Shown here piece by piece: positions 22,939 to 33,943 of a DNA stretch of 64,000 nt (position 1 is the first letter of the stretch; every line of letters begins with the position of its first letter). Source of the stretch: an uncultured Gemmatimonadales bacterium. GTDB taxonomy: Bacteria; Gemmatimonadota; Gemmatimonadetes; Gemmatimonadales; GWC2-71-9. The position numbers and the translations under genes are program-made. Location: contig CAVVKJ010000010.1 in the NCBI GenBank assembly GCA_963748815.1, forward strand, positions 288,001 to 352,000, read 5' to 3'. The notes under the pieces were generated by a model. The model saw nothing but the letters and a program-made list of their open reading frames with translations, did not search any database and was not told the origin of the DNA.

Positions 22939-23361
22939 ATGCAGACTCTCGCCATCATCAAGCCCGACGCCATCGCCTCCGGCAAGGCCGGACTCATCCT
23001 GGCCCACCTCCAGCAGGCCGGGTTCGCCATGGAGGCCGCCCGCCTGGTGCGCCTCACCTTGCCGCAGGCGGAGGCGTTCTACGGGGTGCACAAGGGCCGG
23101 CCGTTCTTTCCCGAGCTGGTGGCGTTCATGACGAGCGGGCCTTGCATGCCGCTCGCCCTGCGCCGCGCCGACGCTGTGCCCCACTTGCGGACCGTCATCG
23201 GGGCCACCGATCCGGCGGAGGCCGCCGCGGGCACCATTCGGAAGCTCTATGCCGAGTCCAAGGGGCGAAACGCCATCCACGCCTCGGACAGCGATGAGAA
23301 CGCGGCGCGAGAAATCGCGTTCTTCTTCCCGGAAGGGGAGCTCGCCGGCCTGCACGGCTGA
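22939..23361 (+). CDS. ndk: nucleoside diphosphate kinase
   Basis: TLAIIKPDA, GTIR, NAIHASDS. Confidence 0.96.
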   Translation: MQTLAIIKPDAIASGKAGLILAHLQQAGFAMEAARLVRLTLPQAEAFYGVHKGRPFFPELVAFMTSGPCMPLALRRADAVPHLRTVIGATDPAEAAAGTIRKLYAESKGRNAIHASDSDENAAREIAFFFPEGELAGLHG

Positions 23362-23372
23362 GGGGCCCGGTT

Positions 23373-23404
23373 CGCTTGACCTAAGTCAAGCGCCCGGCTA
23401 GGTT
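23373..23404 (+). promoter_or_regulatory. sigma70 promoter (TTGACC-17-TAGGTT) with palindrome CGCTTGAC-CTAA-GTCAAGCG over the -35
   Basis: Perfect 8-bp inverted repeat 23373-23392; -10 at 23399-23404. Confidence 0.6.
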
Positions 23405-23412
23405 TAGTGGCT

Positions 23413-23883
23413 ATGCTCACGATTGCCATCCGAGACTTGCAGCAAGGCCCGGCCAAGACGGAAGGGGAGTTGGCGCCGTCGGACCCCGTCTTCGCGGGGC
23501 TCGAGTTGCCCTTGGAGGGTCCCATCACGGTGGCGGGCCAGCTCCAGGCCACGGAGGGCGACGACTTCCTGTGGCGCGGGGTCATCCGGGCGACGGCCAG
23601 GCTGGCCTGCCGCCGGTGCCTCGCCGAGGTGGATGTCCGCCTCGACCGGGATGTCGATGTATTGTTGACCAGCGATCCCGAGGTCGCCGATGATCCCAGC
23701 GTCTATCCGCTGCCGGCGGCGGCGCTGCAGATCGACCTGACCGGGGTGGTGCGGGAAGAACTGGTGCTCGAGGTCCCGGCGTTCGTGGTGTGCCGAGACG
23801 ACTGTGCCGGGCTCTGCCCGACGTGTGGTGCCGATTTGAACGCGGGTCCGTGCGCATGCGTGCGGTCCGCCGAACCAGCCTGA
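23413..23883 (+). CDS. yceD: YceD/DUF177 family protein
   Basis: CRRC, CRDDCAGLCPTCGADLN; canonical position upstream of rpmF. Confidence 0.9.
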   Translation: MLTIAIRDLQQGPAKTEGELAPSDPVFAGLELPLEGPITVAGQLQATEGDDFLWRGVIRATARLACRRCLAEVDVRLDRDVDVLLTSDPEVADDPSVYPLPAAALQIDLTGVVREELVLEVPAFVVCRDDCAGLCPTCGADLNAGPCACVRSAEPA

Positions 23884-23890
23884 GGAAACC

Positions 23891-24073
23891 ATGGCAGTCC
23901 CGAAGAGAAAACTCTCCAAGTCCCGCAAGCGCCTGCGGCGCGGCCATCACGTCGCCGCGAGCGTCAAGACGCAGGCCTGTCCCCGCTGCGGCGATCCGAA
24001 GCTCTCCCACCGCGTGTGCCCGAGCTGCGGGTACTATCGCGGCAAGAAGGTCGTCGAGGTCAAGGGCGACTGA
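23891..24073 (+). CDS. rpmF: 50S ribosomal protein L32 (Zn-binding form)
   Basis: MAVPKRK, CPRC, HRVCPSCGYY. Confidence 0.97.
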   Translation: MAVPKRKLSKSRKRLRRGHHVAASVKTQACPRCGDPKLSHRVCPSCGYYRGKKVVEVKGD

Positions 24074-24075
24074 GC

Positions 24076-25085
24076 ATGATCCGCGTGGCGCTGGACGCGA
24101 TGGGCGGAGATCACGCCCCGCAGGCGGAGGTTGAGGGAACCCTCGCCGCGCTCGCGCTCTTGCCCGGCGTCATCGTGCAGCTCGTGGGACAGGTCGACGT
24201 GATCGAGGCGGAACTGGCCGCGCATCCCGGGCTCGACCGGAGCCGGATCGAGGTCGTGCCGGCGACGGAAGTCATCGGAATGGCCGAAAAGCCCCTGGCC
24301 GCCGTCCGCAAGAAGCCGAACTCGAGCGTGGTGGTCGGCCTCGGCCTGCAGAAGGCGGGGCAAGTCCGACGCCTTCGTCTCGGCCGGCAACACCGGCGCC
24401 ATCCTGGCCGGCGTCGACCGTGCTGCTCGGCATCCACGCCGGCGTCGAACGGGCCACCGTGGCCACGCCCTTTCCGACCGCCGACCTCCCCGTCCTCGTC
24501 CTCGACGGCGGCGCCAACGTCGATTGCTCCGCCAAGGAGCTGGTCGGTTTCGCCCGCCTTGGCTCGGTGTACGCCCGCGACGTCCTCGGACGCGAGCGCC
24601 CGCTGGTCGGGCTCCTCAACATCGGCGAGGAAGACGAGAAGGGGAACGCCGCGTCCCGCGCGGCCCACGAACTCCTCAAGCAGGCCGCCGGCATCAACTA
24701 CATCGGCAACATCGAGGGACGCGACATCCTCGCCGGGCACTCGACGCACGGCCACGTCGACGTGGTCGTCACCGACGGCTTCGTCGGCAACATCGTGCTC
24801 AAGTTCTACGAGTCCGTCGCCCGGATGATCCTGCGCCTGGTCAAGCGCCACGCCCCCGACATCCTGGAGCGCGACGGTGTGCAGGAGGTCTTCCGGGTGC
24901 TGGACTACTCCGAGTACGGCGGCGCGCCGCTCCTCGGCGTGAAGGGCGTGTCCATCATCTGCCACGGCTCGTCCGGGAGCAACGCCATCAAGAACGCGAT
25001 TCGCGTCGCCGCCCAGATGGTGGAATCCAAGCTCAACCAGCACGTCGCCGCGGAGTTCGCCGCGAGCAGCGCCCCCGCCGCATGA
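24076..25085 (+). CDS. plsX: phosphate acyltransferase PlsX (apparent +1 errors near 24361, 24413)
   Basis: ALDAMGGDHAP, SAGNTG, DGGAN, LNIGEE, TDGFVGN, HGSS. Confidence 0.94.
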
Positions 25086-26074
25086 GCCGGCGCCCGATCG
25101 TCGAATTCGCGGGGCTCGGCGTGGCCGTGCCCGAGCGCATCGTCACCAACGCCGATTTCGAAAAGACTCTCGACACCTCCGATCAGTGGATCGTGGAGCG
25201 CACCGGCATCCGGGAGCGCCGCGTCGCCGGGCCGGAACAGTCGGTGGCCATGCTGGCCCGCGACGCCTCCCTGCGCGCGCTGGAGGCGGCGGGGCTCGGC
25301 CCCGAGGACATCCACGGCATCATCCTCGGCACCGCCTCACCCGACCGGCTCCTCCCCTCCACGGCGTGCGACCTCCAGGCGCTGCTCGGCGCGAAGAACG
25401 CCGCCGCCTTCGACGTGTCGGCCGCCTGTCCGGGGTTCCTCTTCGCGCTGAACGTCGCCGAGGGGCTCGTGGCCTCGGGCCACGGCGAGAACATGCTGAT
25501 CGTCGGGGCCGAGAAGCTGAGCACCATCTCCGATCCGACCGACCGGTCCACCGCCATCCTGTTCGGCGATGCCGCCGGCGCCGCCATCGTCCGGAAGGCG
25601 ACGGGGGGCCGGGGCGCCGTCCTCTCGACCTACATGAAGTCGGACGGAAACCTGGCCAACCTGCTCTATCGTCCCGGCGGCGGTGCCGTCGACCCGATCA
25701 GCGAGAAGGTGGTGGCGGAACGGTCGCACTTCATCAAGATGGCGGGGCGCGAGGTCTTCAAGTCGGCCGTCAAGACGATGTCGGAGGCGTGTGACAAGGC
25801 GCTCGAGCGCGCCGGTCTCACCACCGACGAGGTCGACATGCTGGTCCCCCACCAGGCCAACCTCCGCATCATCGAGGCGACGGCCAAGCACGCCGAGATG
25901 CCGCTCGACAAGGTGATGATCAACGTCGATCGATACGGCAACACCTCCTCCGCCTCGATTCCCCTCGCCCTCGATCAAGGGGTGAAGGAAGGCCGGATCA
26001 AGCCCGGGATGACCCTCCTGCTGGTGTCCTTCGGGGGAGGCTTCACCTGGGCCAGCGCGGTGGTCAAGTGGTAG
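25082..26074 (+). CDS. fabH: beta-ketoacyl-ACP synthase III
   Basis: WIVERTGI, AACPGF, PHQANLRII, GNTSSASIP. Confidence 0.96.
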   Translation: MSRRPIVEFAGLGVAVPERIVTNADFEKTLDTSDQWIVERTGIRERRVAGPEQSVAMLARDASLRALEAAGLGPEDIHGIILGTASPDRLLPSTACDLQALLGAKNAAAFDVSAACPGFLFALNVAEGLVASGHGENMLIVGAEKLSTISDPTDRSTAILFGDAAGAAIVRKATGGRGAVLSTYMKSDGNLANLLYRPGGGAVDPISEKVVAERSHFIKMAGREVFKSAVKTMSEACDKALERAGLTTDEVDMLVPHQANLRIIEATAKHAEMPLDKVMINVDRYGNTSSASIPLALDQGVKEGRIKPGMTLLLVSFGGGFTWASAVVKW

Positions 26075-26995
26075 CGGTCGTCATGTGCCCCGGACAGGGG
26101 GCGCAGAAGGTCGGTATGGGGAAGGACTTGGCCGACCGGTTCCCCGAAGCACGCGACACCTTCCAGGCCATCGACGAGGCGCTTGGCGTTGCCCTCTCCC
26201 GTCTCATGTGGGAGGGCCCGGAAGAGGAACTGGTTCTCACGCACAACACCCAGCCCGCCATCCTGGCGCACTCCGCGGCGGTTTTCGCGGTCGTCAAGGA
26301 GCGGTTGGGGGCGGTGGCGGCCGGGGCCGGGCACAGCCTGGGCGAGTACAGCGCGTATGTCGCCGCAGGGTCGCTCTCCGCGCCCGACGCGGCCCGGCTG
26401 GTCCGCCGCCGGGGCGAGTTGATGCACGAGGCCGGCACCAGGCGGCCCGGCGCGATGTCGGCCATCCTCGGGCTCGACCCGGAGGGCGTGGCTGCGGCCT
26501 GCGCCGAAGCCTCTGGCGCCGACGGCGTCGCAGTGGCCGCGAACCTGAATTCCCCCGACCAGATCGTCATCTCAGGTGACCCGGCCGCGGTGGCTCGGGC
26601 CGGGGACGGGTGCAAGGCGCGTGGCGCCAAGCGGGTGCATCCCGCTCAAGGTGTCCGGTGCGTTCCACTCCCCGTTGATGGAACCGGCGGTGCAGGGGCT
26701 GGAAACTGCACTCGCCGCGGCGCCTTTCGCCGCCCCCGCCTTTCCGGTCGTGGCCAACGCCTCGGCGGAGCCGGTGCGGTCCAGCGCCGACGCGGTGCGG
26801 CTGCTCGCGGCCCAGTTGACCGCCCCGGTGCGGTGGATCGAATGCATGCAGGCCGCGTCGCGCCTGGCTCCCGAGGCGACGTTCGTCGAGCTGGGGCCTG
26901 GCAGCGTGCTGTCCGGGCTGCTTCGCAAGATCGTCCCGGGCGCCAGGAGCATCACGCTCGGGACCGCCGCCGAGGTGGAGGCCTTTCTCGGATGA
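26068..26995 (+). CDS. fabD: malonyl-CoA:ACP transacylase (apparent +1 error near 26638)
   Basis: PGQGAQ, GHSLGEY, VSGAFHS, ELGPG. Confidence 0.95.
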
Positions 26996-27732
26996 CCACG
27001 ATTGACCTGACCGGCCGGACGGCGTTCGTCACCGGCAGCACGCGGGGCATTGGCCTTGCCGTCGCCCAGGCGCTGTACGCGGCCGGGGCCAGGGTGGCCA
27101 TCGTCGGCCGCGACGCCGCGCGGGCCCAGTCCGTGGCGGCGGGGCTCGGCGATCGGGCCGCCGGGGTTGGCTGCGATGTCGCCGACCGGGCGCAGGTCGA
27201 GGCCGCCCTGGCCGCCGCGGAGGCCGCCCTCGGGCCCATCGACATCCTGGTCAACAACGCCGGGCTGACGCGGGACAACCTCCTGCTCCGGCTCACCGAC
27301 GAGGACTGGGATGCGGTGCTCGACGCCAATCTCAAGGGGGCGTTCTTCACCACCCGGGCGGTCATCAAGGGAATGATGAAGCGGCGCGCCGGCCGCATCA
27401 TCAACATCACCAGCGTCGTCGGGCTGACCGGCAACAAGGGCCAGGCCAACTACGCCGCCAGCAAGGCGGGCCTCATCGGTTTGACCAAGTCGGTGGCCAA
27501 GGAATACGCCGCCCGTGGGGTCCTCGCCAACTGCGTGGCCCCGGGCTTCATCGAGACGGATATGACTGCCGCCTTGCCCTCTGAGGCGCGGACGGCATTA
27601 TTAGAGGACATTGCGCTGGGGCGACTCGGTCGGCCCGAGGATATTGCCGCCGCCGTGCTCTTCCTGGCATCAGATCTCGCGTCCTACATCACCGGGCAGG
27701 TCCTGGTGGTGGACGGCGGGATGGTCATCTAG
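26992..27732 (+). CDS. fabG: 3-oxoacyl-ACP reductase
   Basis: TGSTRGIG, NNAG, YAASKAG. Confidence 0.96.
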   Translation: MTTIDLTGRTAFVTGSTRGIGLAVAQALYAAGARVAIVGRDAARAQSVAAGLGDRAAGVGCDVADRAQVEAALAAAEAALGPIDILVNNAGLTRDNLLLRLTDEDWDAVLDANLKGAFFTTRAVIKGMMKRRAGRIINITSVVGLTGNKGQANYAASKAGLIGLTKSVAKEYAARGVLANCVAPGFIETDMTAALPSEARTALLEDIALGRLGRPEDIAAAVLFLASDLASYITGQVLVVDGGMVI

Positions 27733-27762
27733 CCCGACCCCCTACTCCTTTTCGAGGACGAC

Positions 27763-28002
27763 ATGAGCAACGTGGATGAGAAGGTCAAGGACATCATCGC
27801 CGAGGAACTGGGTGTGGAGCGCGAGAAGCTGACTCCCGAAGCCAGTTTCATGGAAGATCTTGGCGCTGACAGCCTCGACACCGTCGAGCTGGTCATGGCG
27901 TTCGAGAAGGAATTCGACATCGACATCCCGGACGAGGACGCCGAGAAGCTCCGGACGGTCGGCGAGGCCCTCAAGTACCTCCACGAAAAGACCGGGAAGT
28001 AA
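27763..28002 (+). CDS. acpP: acyl carrier protein
   Basis: [14 protein letters not shown]. Confidence 0.97.
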   Translation: MSNVDEKVKDIIAEELGVEREKLTPEASFMEDLGADSLDTVELVMAFEKEFDIDIPDEDAEKLRTVGEALKYLHEKTGK

Positions 28003-28003
28003 C

Positions 28004-29246
28004 TTGGCGAGTCGTGTCGTCGTCACCGGCATTGGGCTGGTGACCCCGCTCGGCAACAACGTCGAGGACACCTGGGCGGGCCTGCTTGCGGGCCGGTCCG
28101 GCGCCGCGCGCGATCACCAAGTTCGATCCGACGGCGTTTCAGGTGCAGTTTGCCTGCGAGGTGAAGGGGTTTGACGCGCTGCAGTTCATGGACAAGAAGG
28201 AAGCGCGCCGGTACGACCTCTTCGTGCAGTACGCGCTCGGGGCGGCCCACGAGGCGGTGACGCAGGCGGGGCTGGAGGGGAAATTCCCCTCCCCGGAGCG
28301 CACGGGGGTCATCATCGGCAGCGGCATCGGCGGCATGGTGACCTTCGAGGAGCAGACCAAGCTCCTCGTGACCAAGGGGCCGGACCGGGTCTCCCCCTTC
28401 TTCATCCCGATGTTCATCCCCGACATCGCCGCCGGGCTGGTCTCCATTCGCTACGGCCTCAAAGGTGCCAACTATGCCACGGTGTCGGCCTGCGCCTCGT
28501 CCGCGCACGCCATCGGGCAGTCGTACCAGCTGATCCAGTCCGGGCACGCCGACGCGATGCTGACCGGCGGGACCGAGGCGGCCATCAGCGAACTGGCCAT
28601 CGCCGGCTTCCAGAACATGAAGGCGCTCTCGACGCGGAACGACGCTCCCGAAGAGGCGAGCCGTCCCTTCGACAAGGAACGCGACGGGTTCGTCCTGGGC
28701 GACGGCGCCGCCATGGTCATGCTCGAGAGCCTCGAGCACGCCCAGGCCCGCGGCGCCACCATCCTCGGCGAGGTGATCGGGTACGGCCTGAGCGGAGACG
28801 CCTACCACATCACCTCGCCCGCTCCGTCGGGGGAGGGGGCGCAGCGCGCCATGCGCGATTGCCTCGCCGACGCCGGCGTGGGCATCGAGGCGGTCGACTA
28901 CATCAACGCCCACGGCACCAGCACCTTCCAGGGCGACATCGCCGAGACCGCCGCCGTCAAGGCGGTGTTCGGCAAGCACGCGAACGAACTCGTGTTCGGC
29001 TCCACCAAGTCGATGACCGGGCACCTCCTCGGCGCCGCCGGCGGCCTCGAGTTCGCGGTGTGCCTCCTGGCGGCGCGGGAGGGCAGGATTCCGCCGACCA
29101 TCAACCAGGTCACCGCCGACCCCGAGTGCGATCTCGACTGCGCCCCGAACACTGCGGTCGCCCGCGACATCGACGTGGCGCTCTCCAACAGCTTCGGGTT
29201 CGGTGGCCACAACGTGACGATTGCGGTGCGCGCCTGGAAGGACTGA
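28004..29246 (+). CDS. fabF: beta-ketoacyl-ACP synthase II (TTG start; apparent +1 error near 28110)
   Basis: [41 protein letters not shown]. Confidence 0.95.
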
Positions 29247-29282
29247 CCTCCGGTTGGGATCCCCAGCGCCTCGCAGTCGATT

Positions 29283-29314
29283 CGAGACCCCGGCAGCCCG
29301 CTTCCGGGGTCTCG
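29283..29314 (+). terminator. stem-loop after fabF (probable terminator, weak U-tract)
   Basis: CGAGACCCCGG...CCGGGGTCTCG 11-bp stem. Confidence 0.55.
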
Positions 29315-29399
29315 TCGTGTCCACGTGGGCCATCTGGCACCACCGGGCCGCTTCGGGGTAGATTCCCCGGGTAACCGACCATTGTTCAAGGAGATGAGC

Positions 29400-30605
29400 A
29401 TGCTTCCCACCCTCGACCTCGCCGGGCTGCGTGATCCGGCGCTTCGGCCGATCGGGGAAAAGGTGGAACGGGGCCAGCGGCTCGACCACGCGGACGGTCT
29501 GGCGCTGTATGCCACGAGCGACCTCCTTGGGCTCGGGCAGCTGGCGGACTTCGCGAACCGGCGCCGCAACGGCGACCGGGTGTTCTTCTCGGCCAACCAG
29601 CATCTCAATCCCACGAACGTGTGCGTCCTCCGCGCCACCTGCACTTTCTGCTCCTTCGCCCGGACGCCGAAAGAGGAGGGGGCCTACACCCGCTCGCTCG
29701 ATGAGGTGTACGCCGAGGCGGAGCAGGCGCGGGGCGCCCCGACGACGGAGTTCCATATCGTCGGCGGGCTCCATCCGAAGCTGAAGCTCGCGTACTACAC
29801 CGACATGCTGCGCGGGCTCAAGGAGCGCCACCCCGGCGTGCACATCAAGGCGCTCACCGCCGTCGAAATCGCGCACCTGGCACGGATCGAGAAGATGTCC
29901 GAGCGGGATGTGCTCATCGCGCTCAAGGACGCGGGGCTCACGAGCCTGCCGGGCGGAGGCGCGGAAGTTTTCAGCACCGCCGTGCGCGCCACCATTGCGG
30001 AGCGGAAGCTGACCGGCGAGGAGTGGATCCGCGTGCACCGGACCGCCCACGAGCTCGGGATCCCGACCAACTGCACCATGCTCTACGGCCACGTCGAGAC
30101 CGCCGACGACCGCCTGCAGCATCTCGCCATGCTCCGGGATCTCCAGGACGAGACCGGCGGCTTCCTCACGTACATCCCGCTCGCCTATCATCCCGACCAC
30201 AACGAGCTGGGCGAGGAACTGGGGCGGGTCGGGACCGCGACGACCGGGTTCGAGGACCTGAAGAACATCGCCATCGGGCGGCTCTTCCTCGACAACATTC
30301 CCCACGTCAAGACCCACTGGCCGATGGTCACCCCGGCGCTCTCCCAGATCGCCCTGAGCTTCGGGTGCGACGACGTGGAGGGGACCGTGGTGTTCGAGCG
30401 GGTGTATCACGAGGCGGGCGCGAGCACCGACATGGCCATGTCGTACGCCCAGCTGGTCGGGCTCATTCGCGACGCGGGACGCCGCCCGGTGGAGCGCAAC
30501 AGCCTGTACGAGGCCGTGCGCGACGCCTTCGACGATCCGCCGCCCGCGCCGCCCGCGCCCGCGGAGCCGCGGAAGCGCGCCCTCCCGGTGGTGCACGCCG
30601 CATGA
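29400..30605 (+). CDS. mqnE: aminofutalosine synthase (radical SAM)
   Basis: NPTNVCVLRATCTFCSF, HIVGGLHP, HIKALTAVEI, PGGGAE, TMLYGH; AAGGAG SD. Confidence 0.9.
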   Translation: MLPTLDLAGLRDPALRPIGEKVERGQRLDHADGLALYATSDLLGLGQLADFANRRRNGDRVFFSANQHLNPTNVCVLRATCTFCSFARTPKEEGAYTRSLDEVYAEAEQARGAPTTEFHIVGGLHPKLKLAYYTDMLRGLKERHPGVHIKALTAVEIAHLARIEKMSERDVLIALKDAGLTSLPGGGAEVFSTAVRATIAERKLTGEEWIRVHRTAHELGIPTNCTMLYGHVETADDRLQHLAMLRDLQDETGGFLTYIPLAYHPDHNELGEELGRVGTATTGFEDLKNIAIGRLFLDNIPHVKTHWPMVTPALSQIALSFGCDDVEGTVVFERVYHEAGASTDMAMSYAQLVGLIRDAGRRPVERNSLYEAVRDAFDDPPPAPPAPAEPRKRALPVVHAA

Positions 30606-31423
30606 GGCTCGGCCGGATTCCCTGGATCAACTGCTACCCGGTCACGGGGGCCATCGACCGGGGACTCGTCCGTCTCGACGCGGAGCTCGTGACCGGGACG
30701 GCATCGGAGCTCAACGACCTGCTCGCCGCCGGAGAGCTCGACGCCAGCGTCGTCTCGGCGGTCGAGTACGCCCGCAACGCGGCGGCATACCACCTGCTGC
30801 CCGATCTCGCCATCAGCGCCGATGGGCCGGTCCACAGCGTGGCGCTCTTCAGCAAGCGGCCGGTGGAGGCGCTCGACGGCGCCACCGTGCTCCGCACCGC
30901 GTCGTCGCGCACGTCGGTGCTGCTGCTCGAGTTGCTCTGCCGCCACCGGTGGGGCATCGCGCCGAAATTCGCCACCGTGCGCGCGGAGTCCGCCGATCTC
31001 GGCTCGCTGGCGGGGCTCCCGCACGAGGCGGTGCTCGTGATCGGCGATGCCGCCCTGCAGCTGACCGCCCGCGGGATCTACCCCGAGGTGCTCGACCTCG
31101 GCGCCGAGTGGAAGGCGTGGACCGGGCTGCCGTTCGTGTTTGCGGTCTGGGCCGCGCGTCGAGAGGTCCCGGCCGCCGCCGTACGCGGGCTGCACAGGCA
31201 GCTGCTCGCCTCGCGGGCGTGGGGCCTGGCGCACCTCGACCTGCTCGCGGCCGACGCGGCGGCGGTCACCGGGGTCAGCGCCGCGACCTGTCGCGCCTAC
31301 CTGGGGACCCTCGACTACGCGCTCGGCGGCGCCGAACTCGAGGGATTGACCACCTTCTTTCACCGCCTCGCCCAGGACAAGCTGGCGCCGGCGGGTTCGC
31401 TCTCGTTCATCACGGCGGCATGA
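30602..31423 (+). CDS. mqnA: chorismate dehydratase
   Basis: [42 protein letters not shown]. Confidence 0.92.
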   Translation: MRLGRIPWINCYPVTGAIDRGLVRLDAELVTGTASELNDLLAAGELDASVVSAVEYARNAAAYHLLPDLAISADGPVHSVALFSKRPVEALDGATVLRTASSRTSVLLLELLCRHRWGIAPKFATVRAESADLGSLAGLPHEAVLVIGDAALQLTARGIYPEVLDLGAEWKAWTGLPFVFAVWAARREVPAAAVRGLHRQLLASRAWGLAHLDLLAADAAAVTGVSAATCRAYLGTLDYALGGAELEGLTTFFHRLAQDKLAPAGSLSFITAA

Positions 31424-32487
31424 CCATGTACCACGTGGACCGCGATACCCCGGAGTTCCGGGACTACCTGGCCCTCTACGAGAAGGGCGACCTGCTCGAT
31501 CTCGGGCGGCGGGCCGATGCCGTCCGCTGGGAACTCCATCCCGAGCCCGTCGTCACGCACATCATCGATCGCAACATCAACTACACCAACGTCTGCGTGG
31601 CGGACTGCGGATTCTGCGCCTTCTACCGGCGGCCGAAGGACAGCGAAGGCTACGTCCTGAGCTTCGAGGAGATCGGCGAGAAGATCGAGGAGTGCCGGGC
31701 CATCGGCGGCGCCCAGATTCTCCTGCAGGGCGGGCACAATCCGTACATCCCCTTCGAGTGGTACCTCGAGCTGATGCGCTACATCAAGGCGCACCACGCC
31801 ATCCACATCCACGGCTTCAGTCCCAGCGAGGTGGTGTTCTTCAGCGAGCGGTTCCGGATGCCGGTGCCGGAGGTCGTGCGCCAGCTGCGCGACGCGGGGC
31901 TCGACTCGATCCCCGGCGGCGGCGGCGAAATCCTGGTCGACGAGGTCCGCGAACGGGTGGCGAAGAAGAAGGCCCAGACCGAGGAGTGGCTCGGGGTGCA
32001 GGAGGAAGCGCACCGCCAGGGCATGCGCACGTCGGTGACGATGATGTACGGGATGGGGGAGACGCACGCCGACCGGATCGAGCACCTGCTCAAGATCCGG
32101 GACCTGCAGGCGCGCACCGGCGGCTTCACCGCGTTCATCTGCTGGCCCCTGCAGCCGGAGGGGACGCCGATGTTCGACGGCTGGGCGAAGACCGACGCCG
32201 TGACCTACCTCCGGACGCTCGCCATGGCGCGCATCATCTGCCGCAACATTCCGAACATGCAGTCGTCCTGGGTCACGATGGGCCACAAGGTCGGGCAGGT
32301 CGCGCTGCGATTCGGCGCCAACGACTACGGCTCGCTCATGATGGAGGAGAACGTGGTCTCGGCGGCGGGCACGACCTACCGCGCGACGCTCGAGGAGATG
32401 CACCGCGTCATCGCCGACGCAGGCTTCACTCCGCGCCTCCGTCGCCAGGATTACTCCCTGATCGAGGAGGCGGTGGCCGCCGCATGA
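31420..32487 (+). CDS. mqnC: cyclic dehypoxanthine futalosine synthase (radical SAM)
   Basis: [42 protein letters not shown]. Confidence 0.92.
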   Translation: MTMYHVDRDTPEFRDYLALYEKGDLLDLGRRADAVRWELHPEPVVTHIIDRNINYTNVCVADCGFCAFYRRPKDSEGYVLSFEEIGEKIEECRAIGGAQILLQGGHNPYIPFEWYLELMRYIKAHHAIHIHGFSPSEVVFFSERFRMPVPEVVRQLRDAGLDSIPGGGGEILVDEVRERVAKKKAQTEEWLGVQEEAHRQGMRTSVTMMYGMGETHADRIEHLLKIRDLQARTGGFTAFICWPLQPEGTPMFDGWAKTDAVTYLRTLAMARIICRNIPNMQSSWVTMGHKVGQVALRFGANDYGSLMMEENVVSAAGTTYRATLEEMHRVIADAGFTPRLRRQDYSLIEEAVAAA

Positions 32488-32960
32488 CCCGCAGCGGGAT
32501 TGGATACGACTCCCACCGGTTCGCCGAGGGCCGGCCGCTCATCCTCGGCGGGGTGTCCATTCCTCACACTCACGGGCTGGCCGGGCATTCCGACGCCGAT
32601 GCCGTGGCCCATGCGCTGACCGACGCCATCCTCGGCGCCGCCGCCGCCGGCGACATCGGCACCCATTTCCCCGATACCGATCCCCGCTGGAAAGGCGCCG
32701 ACTCCATGGCCCTCCTCCGCGCGGCCTGCGCGGTGGTGGCAGCTCGCGGCTTCCGGGTGGCACAGGTGGACGTGACCGTCATCCTCGAGCGGCCGCGCCT
32801 CGGCCCGCACGTCCCGGCCATGCGCGCCGCGGTGGCCGCCGCGCTTGGCCTCACGATCGACGAGGTGAGCGTCAAGGCGAAGACCAATGAGGGCATGGGA
32901 TTCATCGGCCGAGGAGAGGGAATCGCCACGCTGGCCGTGGCGACGCTGGAGGAGACCTGA
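32484..32960 (+). CDS. ispF: 2-C-methyl-D-erythritol 2,4-cyclodiphosphate synthase
   Basis: [28 protein letters not shown]. Confidence 0.96.
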   Translation: MTRSGIGYDSHRFAEGRPLILGGVSIPHTHGLAGHSDADAVAHALTDAILGAAAAGDIGTHFPDTDPRWKGADSMALLRAACAVVAARGFRVAQVDVTVILERPRLGPHVPAMRAAVAAALGLTIDEVSVKAKTNEGMGFIGRGEGIATLAVATLEET

Positions 32961-33943
32961 TCGCGTCGCTGCTGGATTCGCTGACCACCCTGCCGCCCCT
33001 CGCGGCCTACGCCGTGCTCGCCGCGCTCTCCCTGATCGAGAACATCTTCCCGCCGGTCCCGGGCGATGTCGTGCTCGCGCTCGGCGCGTTCCTGACCGTG
33101 AACGGCCCACTCGACCCGGTCATCCTCTTCTTCGTCTGCTGGGTGCCCAACCTCCTCGGTTCCATCGGGGTGTACTTCCTCGCCCGGCGGGTCGGCGGCG
33201 GACTCTTCGAGTCGCGCATGGGCCGTCGGCTCCTCTCTCCCGAATCGATCGCGTCCCTCGAACGCGGCTACATCCGTTACGGACTCGCCGGCGTCTTCCT
33301 CGGACGGATCCTCCCCGGGGTGCGCGCCGTGGTCGCCCCCTTCGCCGGGCTCATTCGGCTCCCGCCGCTCCGTGCGCTGGTTCCGATCGGGCTCGCCTCC
33401 GCGATCTGGTTCGCGGGGATGATCGTCCTCGGCCGGTACATCGGTCAGAGCTGGGAGGGGATTCAGCGGGCCTTGCGCGACCTGAATGCTGGCCTCGCCG
33501 TGGTCGGCGTCCTGATCGTGGCGGGCGTCACCGTGAGTTGGTGGCGGGCGCGCGCCGCGCGCCGTGCCCGGCTCTGGGAGGCGCTCCGCGTCGCGCTCGA
33601 TCACGAACCCGCCGCACCGGGGTCGGTCGACCCCGCGCTCCAGGCGGTCGCCGCGTTCGTGCTGGAGATGGCCGAGGCCGATGAGCACCTCAAGTCCGCC
33701 GAACGCGAGGCGCTGACCGCCCGCCTGCGGGCGCGCTTCAACCACCTCCCCGGGCAGGTGAGCGCCGACCGCGCCGCCGTGGAAGCCGTGATCCTGCGCG
33801 CGACCTCCGCGTACGAGTCCGGGGAACGGCAGCGGCTGGTCGACCGGATGCGGCACGTGGCGGAGGCCGATGGGGTGGTGACCCCGGCGGAGGCGGCGAT
33901 GATTGCCCGGGCCGCGACGCTCCTGGGCGTCGAGCAGCGGTGA
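32957..33943 (+). CDS. DedA/VTT-domain membrane protein with C-terminal TerB-like domain (start CTG 32957 or GTG 33014)
   Basis: [11 protein letters not shown] and GRILPGVR (DedA); C-terminal AEADEHL...E and [11 protein letters not shown] (TerB-like). Confidence 0.82.
   Translation: MIASLLDSLTTLPPLAAYAVLAALSLIENIFPPVPGDVVLALGAFLTVNGPLDPVILFFVCWVPNLLGSIGVYFLARRVGGGLFESRMGRRLLSPESIASLERGYIRYGLAGVFLGRILPGVRAVVAPFAGLIRLPPLRALVPIGLASAIWFAGMIVLGRYIGQSWEGIQRALRDLNAGLAVVGVLIVAGVTVSWWRARAARRARLWEALRVALDHEPAAPGSVDPALQAVAAFVLEMAEADEHLKSAEREALTARLRARFNHLPGQVSADRAAVEAVILRATSAYESGERQRLVDRMRHVAEADGVVTPAEAAMIARAATLLGVEQR

Noticed and set aside
29400..32487. Two radical SAM genes next to fab genes as a novel biosynthetic cluster
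   Set aside because: They match MqnE/MqnC flanking MqnA of the futalosine menaquinone pathway, and a hairpin separates them from fabF.
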